A stretch of DNA of 64,000 nucleotides from Patescibacteria group bacterium (GCA_038065475.1 JBBTQY010000005.1:2793-66792), one strand, 5' to 3'; positions 1 to 10,292 are shown, numbered from the stretch's first letter. Numbers and translations: made by a program. The notes: generated by a model not told the origin, from the sequence alone.

Positions 1-635
1 TCGATGTTGTGTTTCGTAAAAAACGCATCAGAGATATCAGTGATAGCGATAACAGCCGAATCAACCTCAGGCTGAGGTTTAAAATACGTGCGCGAAACTC
101 GTTTTGCTATACGCGCTTTGCCATACACTTGTACGGAAAGACCCAAAAGATTCATGTCGGGTGGTTCGGCGGTGATACGTTTTGCTACTTCATACTGCAC
201 CATGAGCACGATAGTTTCAGGTCGCGCGACGCCAGATGGCGGTTCCAAAAAAGTGCGCAAAATTTTTGCGGTGATGTAATAGGGAATATTTGCGACGAGT
301 TTGTAGTGCGCGGGAAGTATACGCGCGAGATCAACTTTGAGAATATCACCCTCGATAACTTCGAGTTTTGTTTTTGAAAAATTATCGCGCATGTGTTGTG
401 CAAGCCGCGGATCTTTCTCAACTGCGATGATGCGTCCCGCGCGCCCCTGCAGTTTTTCAGTGAGCACTCCTTTGCCCGGACCAATCTCCAAAACGGTATC
501 GGTGGGTTTGATATCAGCGGCATCTGCAATAAATCCCGCAACCTCTCCTGAGCGCAAAAAGTGTTGTCCCATAAGGGTATTTGCCCTAAACGGTTTTTCG
601 CTACCCTCAAAAGATGTCGACAGATTCTTCTTCAT
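1..635 (-). CDS. rsmA: 16S rRNA m6(2)A dimethyltransferase RsmA/KsgA (3' end runs off window)
   Basis: Hand translation of a minus frame missing from the ORF track: MKKNLSTSFEGSEKPFRANTLMGQHFL...TVLEIGPGKGVLT...IIAVEKD...VANIPYYIT...MVQYEVAKR...FKPQPEVDSAV, all KsgA motifs. Alternative start at 572. Confidence 0.93.
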   Translation of the reverse strand, partial: MKKNLSTSFEGSEKPFRANTLMGQHFLRSGEVAGFIADAADIKPTDTVLEIGPGKGVLTEKLQGRAGRIIAVEKDPRLAQHMRDNFSKTKLEVIEGDILKVDLARILPAHYKLVANIPYYITAKILRTFLEPPSGVARPETIVLMVQYEVAKRITAEPPDMNLLGLSVQVYGKARIAKRVSRTYFKPQPEVDSAVIAITDISDAFFTKHNI

Positions 636-2541
636 ATGACGAATCTTGAGGCACTTGGTGTGCAAGGTCAATGCCTGCGATAAGATGCTCGGGAATTTCT
701 GATAAAAAGCGTGATGGATCGTTAAATGAAGTCTCCCCCCACAACATACGTCTGCGTGTAAGTGTAATCATCACTTTTTCGCGCGCGCGCGTGACCGCTA
801 CATAAAAAAGTCTTCGTTCTTCTTCGATCTCACTTGGTGTTTGCGAAAGACTATGCGGAAATAATCCTTCTTCAAGTCCTGCGATGATCACCACATCAAA
901 TTCTAAGCCTTTTGCTGCGTGTGCCGTCAGTAAAATAACTTGCGAATCTTTATCTTCGACTTCGGTATCTTGTGTGGCGAGTGATGCCTCTGACAAAAGT
1001 CGTTCAATGCCCTCGGGTGGGGCAAGCGCATCAAACTTTTTGGCAACACTCAAGAGTTCCTTCACGTTTTCTTGGCGGTCAACCTCCAACTTATTGCCTT
1101 TATAATATGCTTCAAATCCTGCGCGCCCGATGACGGCGGTGAGCGCATCGGTTGTATTTTTTGTTGCCACTGCCTTTTTGATATCCTCCATGATCGCCGT
1201 AAATATATCAATCTTTTCCTGCTCTTTTTTTGAGAGTACATCACTGGCAAAGTGCTTGAGTGTGAGCACCTTGCCAATACCGCGTGCCGGAGTGTTCAAA
1301 ATACGCTTTTTAGAGAGAGAATCGTCGGGATTTAAGGCGTATTTGAGATATCCGAGCACGTCCTTGATCTCCTTGCGCTCATAAAACTTAACACCGGCTA
1401 TGAGGCGATAAGCTATATTGCGCTTTAAAAAAGCCTCTTCAATGGCGCGTGATTGGGCATTGGTACGAAAAAGTACCGCAATCTGCCCCGGTTTGACCCC
1501 TCGCTCAGCAAGAGCTTTGACATATTCGGCGATAAACATGCCTTCCTGCTTCTCATTTTCGAGTACCGTAAGGCCGATTTGCTCTCCTTCTGCCTTGGTA
1601 GAGCGCAATGTTTTTTCTCTGCGCTCGGTATTGTTGGTGATAACGGCATTTGCAGCCTCGAGAATTGCCTTGGTTGATCGATAGTTGTTCTCAAGCGTAA
1701 TAATCTTCGCGCCATGCCAATCGAGCTCAAACTGCAAGATATTGCGCCAATCAGCGCCTCGCCATGAATAAATTGCCTGATCAATATCTCCTACAACGGC
1801 GATATTACGATGTTTGCCCGCAAGTAGACGCGAAAGGATATATTGAGCCTTGTTGGTGTCTTGGTATTCATCGATATGGATGTAGTGCCAACGTTCTTCA
1901 TAAAAGGCGCGTACCTCGTCGGACGACTGCAAAAGCATGACGGTTTTCATCAAAAGATCATCAAAATCAAGACCTTTGACCTTTTGGAGGCGCGCCTCAT
2001 AGGCAGCATAAAGGTTGCGCAACGCCCTCTGAAATGGGCTATTATCTTCGGTTTGGGCAAACGTTGAGGCGTCGATCATCTCTTGTTTGAGGCTGGATAT
2101 GGCGTTTTTGATGCGCGGTGGTGTATAAGTGTCAGGATCAAGCTCAAATTCAACGATAAGGTCTTTGATGATTTGGCGCGTATCTTCCTCATCAAGAATG
2201 GTAAAAAAACGCGGAATACCAATAGCGCGGCCATGATTTTTGAGAATATATACGCCCAGCGAGTGAAAAGTGTCAATAAAAGGCTCATGACCTGTGTGCA
2301 CGCGGATATGTTCGCGCTCCAAAAGGGCATAGATGCGTTCACGCATCTCGCCCGCGGCCTTGTTGGTAAAGGTAACTGCCAAAATTTTATCGGCAGGGGT
2401 GCCCGATTGGATGATATGAGCGACGCGATGCGCAACCGTCTTAGTTTTACCTGACCCCGCGCCCGCGATAATCAGCAAAGGGCCGTCTTTTGCCAGTACG
2501 GCTTCTTTTTGAGCTTCATTGAGCCCGTCAGTGATTGCCAT
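607..2541 (-). CDS. pcrA: ATP-dependent DNA helicase PcrA/UvrD
   Basis: AGAGSGKT Walker A, TFTNKAA, DEYQD, LENNYRS, HAAKGLEF and EERRLFYVAVTRA motifs. Confidence 0.96.
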   Translation of the reverse strand: MAITDGLNEAQKEAVLAKDGPLLIIAGAGSGKTKTVAHRVAHIIQSGTPADKILAVTFTNKAAGEMRERIYALLEREHIRVHTGHEPFIDTFHSLGVYILKNHGRAIGIPRFFTILDEEDTRQIIKDLIVEFELDPDTYTPPRIKNAISSLKQEMIDASTFAQTEDNSPFQRALRNLYAAYEARLQKVKGLDFDDLLMKTVMLLQSSDEVRAFYEERWHYIHIDEYQDTNKAQYILSRLLAGKHRNIAVVGDIDQAIYSWRGADWRNILQFELDWHGAKIITLENNYRSTKAILEAANAVITNNTERREKTLRSTKAEGEQIGLTVLENEKQEGMFIAEYVKALAERGVKPGQIAVLFRTNAQSRAIEEAFLKRNIAYRLIAGVKFYERKEIKDVLGYLKYALNPDDSLSKKRILNTPARGIGKVLTLKHFASDVLSKKEQEKIDIFTAIMEDIKKAVATKNTTDALTAVIGRAGFEAYYKGNKLEVDRQENVKELLSVAKKFDALAPPEGIERLLSEASLATQDTEVEDKDSQVILLTAHAAKGLEFDVVIIAGLEEGLFPHSLSQTPSEIEEERRLFYVAVTRAREKVMITLTRRRMLWGETSFNDPSRFLSEIPEHLIAGIDLAHQVPQDSSYEEESVDIF

Positions 2542-2772
2542 AAACCGAGTATAGGGGCCAGCGCCTCATAAAGAAAGGATGGCAAAAAGTCCTAAAAATC
2601 GTTTACTGGCAACGATAAGCTATCTCCACACTCTATCCACAAACACTTCCTAAAAGTGTCAAAATGGGGTAGAATAGCCCCACGAGCCTTACTCAAAGAC
2701 CCGATGAGTCTATGACAAGACGATTTGGGCTCGCATGCATCTCGATCGCTGCGTTTCTCTAACTTGGTATCT

Positions 2773-3804
2773 ATGAGACCTTTACTACGGCATTTTTTTC
2801 TATTTGCAGTAGCGGCCGCAGTTTTGATGCCGCTTTCTACCTCCGCGTTTAGTATCGGCGGTTTTTTTAGAAGTATATTTGGTGTCTCGCAAGCTGATGA
2901 AATAACCCGTGAGCAGCTAGAGCCGATAACCGACCCTACTCAAAAACCATTCCCCTTTTTGTCATCAGAACCGCCAGCCGACCCCCATCAGATTGACACT
3001 CAAATTGTCGATGATACGGCTATCGCATCGTCAGTAGGTCCGTTGGGTAATGTCGCAGAAGCTGCCGAGAGTAGTATTTCATATAAAATTTCTACCTATA
3101 CGGTGCGCAGTGGTGATACGCTTTCACTTGTCGCGGAAACATTCAATGTATCTACACAGACTATTCGTTGGGCCAACGATCTTCCACGAAGCGGCGTTCT
3201 TAAAGAAGGCCAGGTGCTCGTTATCTTGCCGGTTTCGGGTGTAAAGCACACAATTGCAAGGGGCGATACCGCTGCATCTATCGCTAAAAAATATGGCGGT
3301 GACCCCGACGATATTATTGACTTCAATAATCTCGATCCCAAAGAACCACTTGCTGTCGGTACCGTCGTGCTCGTGCCGGATGGTGAAGTTACTGCCCCAT
3401 CAGCACCATCATCAACAGTATCACAACCAGTCATAGTTCGTGGAAGCGGGCCCGAGCTTATTGGATACTATTTGCGGCCACTCGTGGGTGGCACCCGCTC
3501 ACGCGGCATTCACGGGTATAATGGCGTTGATATCGCAGCTCCTCGTGGCACACCTGTTCGTGCATCAGCTGCGGGTACGGTTATCGTTGCACGTGGTGCA
3601 GGTTGGAATGGTGGATATGGTAGCTACGTGGTTATCGCGCATGCAAACGGTACACAAACTCTCTATGCTCATATGAGTGCGGTAAACGTCTCGGTAGGTC
3701 AATCGGTCTCGCAAGGTCAAAGTTTGGGCGGCGTAGGATCAACGGGCAAATCAACCGGCAATCACCTGCACTTCGAAGTTCGCGGTGCCAAAAATCCATT
3801 TTAA
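2773..3804 (+). CDS. LysM-containing M23 family peptidoglycan metalloendopeptidase
   Basis: Signal peptide, two LysM repeats (YTVRSGDTLS, HTIARGDT), M23 motifs HGYNGVDIA, LYAH and STGNHLHFEVR. Confidence 0.93.
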   Translation: MRPLLRHFFLFAVAAAVLMPLSTSAFSIGGFFRSIFGVSQADEITREQLEPITDPTQKPFPFLSSEPPADPHQIDTQIVDDTAIASSVGPLGNVAEAAESSISYKISTYTVRSGDTLSLVAETFNVSTQTIRWANDLPRSGVLKEGQVLVILPVSGVKHTIARGDTAASIAKKYGGDPDDIIDFNNLDPKEPLAVGTVVLVPDGEVTAPSAPSSTVSQPVIVRGSGPELIGYYLRPLVGGTRSRGIHGYNGVDIAAPRGTPVRASAAGTVIVARGAGWNGGYGSYVVIAHANGTQTLYAHMSAVNVSVGQSVSQGQSLGGVGSTGKSTGNHLHFEVRGAKNPF

Positions 3805-3821
3805 AAAATATTTATAAAAAC

Positions 3822-3858
3822 AAAAAACTCCCCCGCAGCTGCGGGGGAGTTTTTTTTA
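3822..3858. terminator. Bidirectional intrinsic terminator
   Basis: AAAAAACTCCCCCGCAG/CTGCGGGGGAGTTTTTT perfect inverted repeat with A and T tails. Confidence 0.88.
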
Positions 3859-4011
3859 TTTCCCAAAACTTTAGAGAAACCAATAACTTGCCTAACAGAG
3901 AATCTGAACAGCCAATCGAAAAAAAATCTTGCTGGATATGTCTGAGTAAATTATTGGCTTTTCTAAAGCCTTGCGGGCCCAACTTTGGGCGAGAAATTTT
4001 CTCTATTTAGT
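3857..4011 (-). ncRNA. Candidate structured small RNA of unknown class
   Basis: Lies between a minus-strand TTGACA-17-TATACT promoter and the bidirectional terminator. No ORF; long irregular stem 3869-3899/3941-3968; GCAA tetraloop hairpin. Confidence 0.45.
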
Positions 4012-4017
4012 ATATGC

Positions 4018-4046
4018 AGTATAGCATCTCTAAAAAGATTTGTCAA
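4018..4046 (-). promoter_or_regulatory. Sigma70-type promoter
   Basis: TTGACA (4046-4041), 17-nt spacer, TG-C-TATACT (-10 at 4023-4018). Confidence 0.8.
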
Positions 4047-4122
4047 TAGTGCTGCATTACGAATTTTTTTATAAGTTGTTAGTTATTCTTTTCGTAACCA
4101 TTGTAAATAAATTAATAGAATA

Positions 4123-4758
4123 TCATATAAAATCTATTCCATTGTCGCGCAGATATTTTCTTGTTTTGGCATTCGCGCTATTTTCCCAATTTGGGCGGCA
4201 CACCCAAACTTCCTGTATATTCTCAGGAGGAAGCAATTCAGCGATATCCATTTTTTCTAGAAACATTTTCTTCTCTTCCAGTGCATATTCAGCGATCTCC
4301 TCACTAATACGTGTGGCAGCTATCAAAGCAAAGAATCTATGATTTCCGTCCATTATTTCATATTTTTCGATTTCATTCGGATAGAGAATTGGAGGTTTGG
4401 GAAAAATTCTGTGTTTAACTATATATTTAAGACTTCGGTGAAATCTTCTCCTCCCATTCTCTCCGAGGTCACGTGAATAAGGATTTTCTTTACCTTGAAT
4501 GTACGCTTCATGGAGGCCTTGCATTGTATCAAAGTAGCCAGGTGAATAGGGCAGCGATGGAAGATGAAGTTTTTCTTTTTTCCATGTTGCATCATTCCAA
4601 AATGCGATTGACTCTCCCCCTAATCTTAAATTCCATATGCGACCCGATGGCGGCCACCCCAGAGTCTTTACCCAAGGAAGAAGCCATAATCGTACAACTT
4701 CTTCCGGGATATTGGGCACGCTAGATTGAACTTTATTGTATGCTTCCAAATCATCCAT
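4123..4758 (-). CDS. Hypothetical protein with ParB/Srx-like motif
   Basis: 211-aa AT-rich ORF. PPILY...YEIMDGNHRFFAL resembles the ParB/sulfiredoxin DGxHR motif. Confidence 0.6.
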   Translation of the reverse strand: MDDLEAYNKVQSSVPNIPEEVVRLWLLPWVKTLGWPPSGRIWNLRLGGESIAFWNDATWKKEKLHLPSLPYSPGYFDTMQGLHEAYIQGKENPYSRDLGENGRRRFHRSLKYIVKHRIFPKPPILYPNEIEKYEIMDGNHRFFALIAATRISEEIAEYALEEKKMFLEKMDIAELLPPENIQEVWVCRPNWENSANAKTRKYLRDNGIDFI

Positions 4759-4783
4759 GTGGTCAAGCTAGCATTTTTTATAG

Positions 4784-6310
4784 CTAGCTCAAAAACAAAT
4801 CTTTTTTGGGGCGATATTGAAGGGCTTCCAAAAGATGTTCGCGCAAAATATTTTTTGCACCAGCCAAGTCCGCAATCGTACGCGACACTTTGAGTACGCG
4901 ATGATATGCGCGTGCCGAAAGATCCAAACGCTTTGATGCATCTTCCAAAAGTTTTTTCTCCGTATCTGCAAGTGCGCAGTGTGTTTTGATATCGCGCAGT
5001 GTCATCTCACTATTCGTCGCAAACTGCGCGTCACCAAATCGCGCGCGCTGCATCTCTCGCGCTGATGTCACACGTACACGCACTGCGGTCGATGTCTCCC
5101 CCACTTCTGCATCAGAAGATAATTTTTCGTATTCTACTTGCGGCATTTCCAGCCACATATCGATGCGATCAACAATCGGGCCTGAGAGTCTTCGCGCGTA
5201 GCGTTCGAGCGCGCTGTTGCTGCACGTACAAAGTTTTGTCGAACCCTTGTTGCCACACGGGCACGGGTTCATGGCGGCGGCAAGCATGATGTGTGCGGGA
5301 AACGTCATCGAACCTTTTGCGCGTGAAATGGAAATCATACGATCTTCAAGCGGTTGGCGAAGTGTTTCAATCACACGTCTATCAAACTCAGGAAATTCAT
5401 CGAGAAACAATACGCCACCATGCGCGAGCGTCACCTCACCGGGGCGTGGCACGGTACCGCCACCTACCAGTGAAACATACGAAGATGTATGATGTGGGCT
5501 TCGAAAAGGCCGTTCGCGTACAACGCCATCACGCAAAACACCTGCCGCACTATGAATTGATGTGATATCAAGCGCTTCATCAAACGAGAGTGGAGGGAGT
5601 ATTGATGCGAGTGCTCGCGCAAGAAGTGTCTTACCGGTACCGGGCGGACCGATAAATGCTACATGATGATTGCCGGCCGCTGCAATCTCAAGGCCGCGTT
5701 TGGCAAACTCTTGGCCTTTGATGTCGCGCAAATCAAGTTCAGGATTTTCAAGCTTTGGTGAAAACAGCGCCTGTTTCACTACTTCAAGATTTTTTTCTTG
5801 CATCAAATGTTTAGTGATGTCAGAGAAATGCGATGCCGCAAAAATATTGATGCCACCCACAAGTGCCGCCTCATCACGATTCCCCTCCGGTATATAGGCC
5901 TCAGTAAATCCACGCGCGCGTGCCGAGAGTAAGAGCGAGACAACGCCGCGTACCGGTCGCAGCGATCCTTCGAGCGCGAGTTCTCCGACAAAAAATTTTT
6001 TGTCGGGATCAAATTTTATCTGACCTGATTCAGCGAGATACGCGAGCGCTATCGGCACATCAAAAAATGCTCCTTCTTTTGGTAGATCTGCGGGTGCGAG
6101 GTTTACCGTGATGCGATTATTTTTCTTTTGTGGTGGACGAAAGCCAGAATTTTTTATGGCAGCAGAAACACGTTCGCGTGCTTCTTCTACTGCTTTGTCG
6201 GGCAGGCCAACAATCGAGAGGCGATGAAGCCCCGGTACCATATCAATTTCAACTTCGATAGGAAATCCTTTGAGACCGACAATTTGTCCCGAGTGGATTT
6301 TTGTCGCCAC
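4784..6310 (-). CDS. comM: YifB/ComM Mg-chelatase-like AAA+ ATPase
   Basis: IVGLPD...EARERV, ITVNLAPADLPKEG, GPPGTGKT, FRSPHH, PGEVTLAHGGVLFLDE and AMNPCPCG motifs. Confidence 0.95.
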   Translation of the reverse strand: MATKIHSGQIVGLKGFPIEVEIDMVPGLHRLSIVGLPDKAVEEARERVSAAIKNSGFRPPQKKNNRITVNLAPADLPKEGAFFDVPIALAYLAESGQIKFDPDKKFFVGELALEGSLRPVRGVVSLLLSARARGFTEAYIPEGNRDEAALVGGINIFAASHFSDITKHLMQEKNLEVVKQALFSPKLENPELDLRDIKGQEFAKRGLEIAAAGNHHVAFIGPPGTGKTLLARALASILPPLSFDEALDITSIHSAAGVLRDGVVRERPFRSPHHTSSYVSLVGGGTVPRPGEVTLAHGGVLFLDEFPEFDRRVIETLRQPLEDRMISISRAKGSMTFPAHIMLAAAMNPCPCGNKGSTKLCTCSNSALERYARRLSGPIVDRIDMWLEMPQVEYEKLSSDAEVGETSTAVRVRVTSAREMQRARFGDAQFATNSEMTLRDIKTHCALADTEKKLLEDASKRLDLSARAYHRVLKVSRTIADLAGAKNILREHLLEALQYRPKKDLFLS

Positions 6311-6313
6311 AGT

Positions 6314-6670
6314 TTATTGAGAAGAATGTTTGATACAAGTTGTTGCTGCAGGGTTTGCCTCGAGTCGCGCTTCATCAATCTCTTCACCATCAACCGCGCA
6401 TTTACCAAACGTACCCTCACCAATGCGACTGAGTGCCGCATCAATTTCGCGCAACTTTTCTTCAAGAGCATTTTCTACACCAAGTGCATTATCAAATTCT
6501 TCTACTTCATCAGCCATGTCGTTGCGATCTGATGGATCAACATTGAGATCGGGATAGGTTGGCTCCCAGTCACCTGGTACATTGGGATTTTTTGTTCCCA
6601 CTGACGAAAGAGTTTTTTCGATTTGCTGTTTTTCCTCGCGAAGAAGTTTTTCAAACTTTGCTGTATTCAT
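6314..6670 (-). CDS. TraR/DksA family protein
   Basis: Coiled coil with DMADE tip, IDAALSRIGEGTFGKC, RLEANPAATTCIKH. Confidence 0.88.
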   Translation of the reverse strand: MNTAKFEKLLREEKQQIEKTLSSVGTKNPNVPGDWEPTYPDLNVDPSDRNDMADEVEEFDNALGVENALEEKLREIDAALSRIGEGTFGKCAVDGEEIDEARLEANPAATTCIKHSSQ

Positions 6671-6682
6671 ATCTCAAGTTTA

Positions 6683-7540
6683 TCATCGTACGACGAGGCG
6701 TTCAATCGCAGCTTTGAGCGATCGCTCTGAGGTGGCGATAACCAAAAGTTCTTTGCGAGCGATGCCATAACCCACTATGCGCTGCGATGCCTCCCCGTAG
6801 CGTCCGAAGCGCGCATCAGTATTTCGTATGATGGTGTCATTGAATTCAATAATGCCCGGATCACGCTCTCGCAAGAGAGATGCAAATTGCCGCATGAGGG
6901 TAGTTTCCCACGAAAACATGGTACCGCGTATCGCTCCCTCATTCTTGATGCCAAATATAAAAACAAGATCAGACCCATAGTAATAGGTATTCCACTCGCC
7001 TGTGAGATTGGTATAAAAATCACCCGACGGCGGAAAAATTTCGAGTGTTTCCAAAAATTCTTTTGGGCTCGTGAGCGCGTATTCTTTGCCCGCGTCTGCA
7101 CTCAACACTGGCAGATAGACAAACGTATTGTCTGCATTTTGTCTACCAAAGCGTTCGAGCTCTTGGAAAAGTCCGGTACGGTCTCCTCGGCGATATTGTA
7201 TGACTGATGTTGTCTGCGAATTGATGATGGGCCGTGGGTATTCGGGTCCTGCAATAGGAGCGCCTCCCCCGCCCGCATTTGGATTTTTGAGTACAAAAAA
7301 ATAATATCCGCCGCCCGCGGCTCCCAAAAGAAGCATGATAAAAAGAAAAACTCCCAAGATGCGTGGCGCGATACCGGGCGCACTTCGCCGAGGTGCTATT
7401 TGATAGTCGCCCGCCTTGATTGATTTTTGCTGCTGCGCATAAATATCAGCAAACGATACTTGATCGCGCTGCAGCAATTGCTCCGCATCGGTTTTCATCG
7501 TGCGGATAAATACATCTCTCCGCTCTTGGTTCGGAGGCAT
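6683..7540 (-). CDS. Hypothetical single-pass membrane protein
   Basis: 285-aa ORF with one TM segment, co-oriented downstream of pnp. Confidence 0.7.
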   Translation of the reverse strand: MPPNQERRDVFIRTMKTDAEQLLQRDQVSFADIYAQQQKSIKAGDYQIAPRRSAPGIAPRILGVFLFIMLLLGAAGGGYYFFVLKNPNAGGGGAPIAGPEYPRPIINSQTTSVIQYRRGDRTGLFQELERFGRQNADNTFVYLPVLSADAGKEYALTSPKEFLETLEIFPPSGDFYTNLTGEWNTYYYGSDLVFIFGIKNEGAIRGTMFSWETTLMRQFASLLRERDPGIIEFNDTIIRNTDARFGRYGEASQRIVGYGIARKELLVIATSERSLKAAIERLVVR

Positions 7541-7564
7541 AGTTTTTTTGGAAAAGAAAAAAGA

Positions 7565-9763
7565 TTACCTGCGGGGTGGGCGGCCACCTCCACCGCGGGG
7601 GCGATCACCGTCTCGGCGCGGGCGGCGCTCTTCTTTCTCAGCTGTGCGTGCTTCAGTCTCCTCAGGAGTTTCTGTCATCGCACGGATAGAAAGATTGACG
7701 CGACCCATTTGATCAATGCCGGTGATTTTTGCTTCTACTTCGTCCCCTACATTCACTATATCGGTTACCTTGCCCACACGGAAGCCAGCAAGCTCTGAGA
7801 TATGTACGAGACCTTCTTGGCGAGGAGCATACTCAACCATGGCGCCAAATTCAAAGACACGTGATACTTTACCGCGAACAATTTCACCCGCAGTATATTC
7901 TTTGGTGATACCGGCAACGCGAGCCTGGGCTTTCTCAGCCGCTTCTTGGTTTGTGCCGGTGATGTAGACGATTCCTGTCTGTTCGATGTCGATGGTAGCG
8001 CCGGTCTCAGCGATGATTTCGTTGATAACCTTGCCGCCAGGACCGATGACGTCGCGGATTTTGTCTACGGGAATAGTCATTTTGATGACGCGAGGTGCGT
8101 GTGCAGGAAGAGTTGCGCGAGGTGCAGGCATGGCTTTGAGGATGACATCCATGATGCGCAATCGTGCATCGAGCGCGTCAGCGAGTGCATCACGCAAGAT
8201 TTGGAGCGTTACTCCACCTACTTTGACATCCATCTGTACGGCGGTTACACCCTCAGAGGTTCCGGCTGCTTTAAAGTCCATATCACCATGATGGTCTTCA
8301 GGTCCTTGAATATCGGTAAGAACTTTATACGTATTTTCGTCCTTCATCATGAGGCCCATGGCGATACCGCTGACGGGGCGTCGGATGGGAACTCCCGCAT
8401 CCATAAGTGCGAGGATTGATGCACAAACCGAACCCATCGATGATGAACCATTTGATGAGAGTGTTTCTGATACAAGGCGTACGGTGTAGGGAAACTCTTC
8501 TTTGGGAGGAATGACCGCCTCAAGTGCTTTTTCTGCGAGTGCACCATGGCCAATCTCACGTCGTCCTGGAGAGCCCATGCGGCCTGTCTCACCTACGGAA
8601 AACGGCGGGAAGTTGTAGTGATGCATGAAGTGCTTCTTGGTGCGTACATCCATACCTTCGATCAAGAGTTCGTCGCCAGGTGCGCCCAAGGTTACTACTG
8701 ACAAGATGTGTGTATCACCGCGGAAGAAAAGACCTGAGCCGTGGGTACGTGCGAGAAGTCCGGTTGATGCAAAAAGTGAGCGCAATTCTTTCATGCCTCG
8801 GCCGTCGGGGCGGCGATCTTTTTCGATCGCGTTTGTGTGTACGATATCATTGATAGCTTCCTCGTACATATCCGATGCGGTTCCTTTTGAGAGAGTTGGA
8901 AACTGTTCTTTGGTGGCAGTCATCCATTCAGTTTTTAAATCACCAAGCGTGTGACTGCGATGAATCTTATCAGGCATAAAGAGCGCGTCTTCCAAGCGCG
9001 GCATAAAATGCTTTTTCAAAAGTTTCTCAGCCTCTTCGGGGGCTTCTTCGATTTTTGGTGCAAATTTTTTCTTAGAAATTTTTGAGAAAATTTCACTCTG
9101 GAATTCGTTGAGTTCGTTAATGTGTTTGAGCGCAAGCTCTATCGCTTTGGCAAATTCTTCTTCGGGCATTTCTTTTGCTTTGCCCTCCAACATGTTTACT
9201 TTGCCGTCACATCCAGACACCACAAGATCAAGTACATGTGCTGCGCGTTCAGTGTCAGTTGGGTTGATGATAAATGAGCCGTCAGTCTTGCCTACGCGCA
9301 CTGAGCTTACAGGCCCTGCCCACGGGATATCAGAGGTGCCAAGTGCCAGGGACGCAGCCAAAACGGCCAAAATATCGGGACTATTTTCTTCGTCGAGTGA
9401 AAGGGTCGAGGTAACTACCTGTACATCATGACGAATGCGATGATCAAAAAGTGGGCGGATGGTGCGATCGATAAGGCGACCGATCAAGATCGCTTCCTCG
9501 GACGGACGTCCTTCGCGGCGCATAAAGCGTGAACCCAAAATGCGGCCTGCCGCATAATACTTTTCCTCGTAATCGACAGTGAGGGGAAAATATTCAACCG
9601 TTTCGCGTGCGTTGTGCGACATGACGGCGGTGGCAAATACCGTAGTACCGCCAACGGTTACTATCACCGAGCCATTGGCTTGGGATGCGATATTGTTAAA
9701 CTCGACAGTTATGGTTTTGCCAGCGATGTCGCGTGTGAAGATTTGTTTTTCAAGAGTTGTCAT
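7565..9763 (-). CDS. pnp: Polyribonucleotide nucleotidyltransferase
   Basis: FPLTVDYEE, RREGRP, HYNFPPFSVGE, RREIGHG, SNGSSSMGS, GDMDFK, KH and S1 domains. Confidence 0.97.
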   Translation of the reverse strand: MTTLEKQIFTRDIAGKTITVEFNNIASQANGSVIVTVGGTTVFATAVMSHNARETVEYFPLTVDYEEKYYAAGRILGSRFMRREGRPSEEAILIGRLIDRTIRPLFDHRIRHDVQVVTSTLSLDEENSPDILAVLAASLALGTSDIPWAGPVSSVRVGKTDGSFIINPTDTERAAHVLDLVVSGCDGKVNMLEGKAKEMPEEEFAKAIELALKHINELNEFQSEIFSKISKKKFAPKIEEAPEEAEKLLKKHFMPRLEDALFMPDKIHRSHTLGDLKTEWMTATKEQFPTLSKGTASDMYEEAINDIVHTNAIEKDRRPDGRGMKELRSLFASTGLLARTHGSGLFFRGDTHILSVVTLGAPGDELLIEGMDVRTKKHFMHHYNFPPFSVGETGRMGSPGRREIGHGALAEKALEAVIPPKEEFPYTVRLVSETLSSNGSSSMGSVCASILALMDAGVPIRRPVSGIAMGLMMKDENTYKVLTDIQGPEDHHGDMDFKAAGTSEGVTAVQMDVKVGGVTLQILRDALADALDARLRIMDVILKAMPAPRATLPAHAPRVIKMTIPVDKIRDVIGPGGKVINEIIAETGATIDIEQTGIVYITGTNQEAAEKAQARVAGITKEYTAGEIVRGKVSRVFEFGAMVEYAPRQEGLVHISELAGFRVGKVTDIVNVGDEVEAKITGIDQMGRVNLSIRAMTETPEETEARTAEKEERRPRRDGDRPRGGGGRPPRR

Positions 9764-10292
9764 TTTCGTTTGTTGTAGATCGTTGTTTTCTAATTCTCAT
9801 AATATATTTATTTTCCGCGCCGAGGTCGATAAACTCGTCAGCTGATTCTTTAAGTTTGAGTGATGTGCTGCGGCCAAATGACATTACTTCAACGCGGCGG
9901 CCGTTGTTTTTCAAATATTCAACAAGTGGTACAAAATCGCCGTCACCCGAGCAGATAACAATCGTATCTACGGTGTTTGCGGTACGCACAGCGTCGATCG
10001 CGAGACCCACATCCCAATCAGCTTTTTTGGCGCCGCCATAAAATTCTTGGAGTTCTTTGGCGCGTGTTTCAATGCCGAGGGTGACAAGTGCATCAAAAAA
10101 TCCTTTTTCTTCACCGGTCTTGGTGCTGATGACGTATCCAAATGCACGGATGAGCTGGCGGCTTGCAACAGCAGTTTTCAAAACTTCTTTAAAGTTTACT
10201 CGTGCGCCGAAAAGAGAGCGCGCTGAATGATACAAATTTTGCGCGTCGATGAAAACAGCGACGCGCTGATCTTTATGCTTTCTCAAGTCCAT
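9750..10292 (-). CDS. NYN/LabA (DUF88) domain PIN-like protein
   Basis: VFIDAQNL, KADWDVGLAID, SGDGDFVPLV and ADEFID motifs. Confidence 0.9.
   Translation of the reverse strand: MDLRKHKDQRVAVFIDAQNLYHSARSLFGARVNFKEVLKTAVASRQLIRAFGYVISTKTGEEKGFFDALVTLGIETRAKELQEFYGGAKKADWDVGLAIDAVRTANTVDTIVICSGDGDFVPLVEYLKNNGRRVEVMSFGRSTSLKLKESADEFIDLGAENKYIMRIRKQRSTTNENDNS

Noticed and set aside
185-610. 141-aa ORF from the track
   Set aside because: Wrong frame; the real gene is rsmA in another minus frame.
2620-2645. DnaA-box-like CTATCCACA (and TTATGCACA at ~29879) as oriC
   Set aside because: Isolated one-mismatch boxes, with no cluster and no dnaA in the window.
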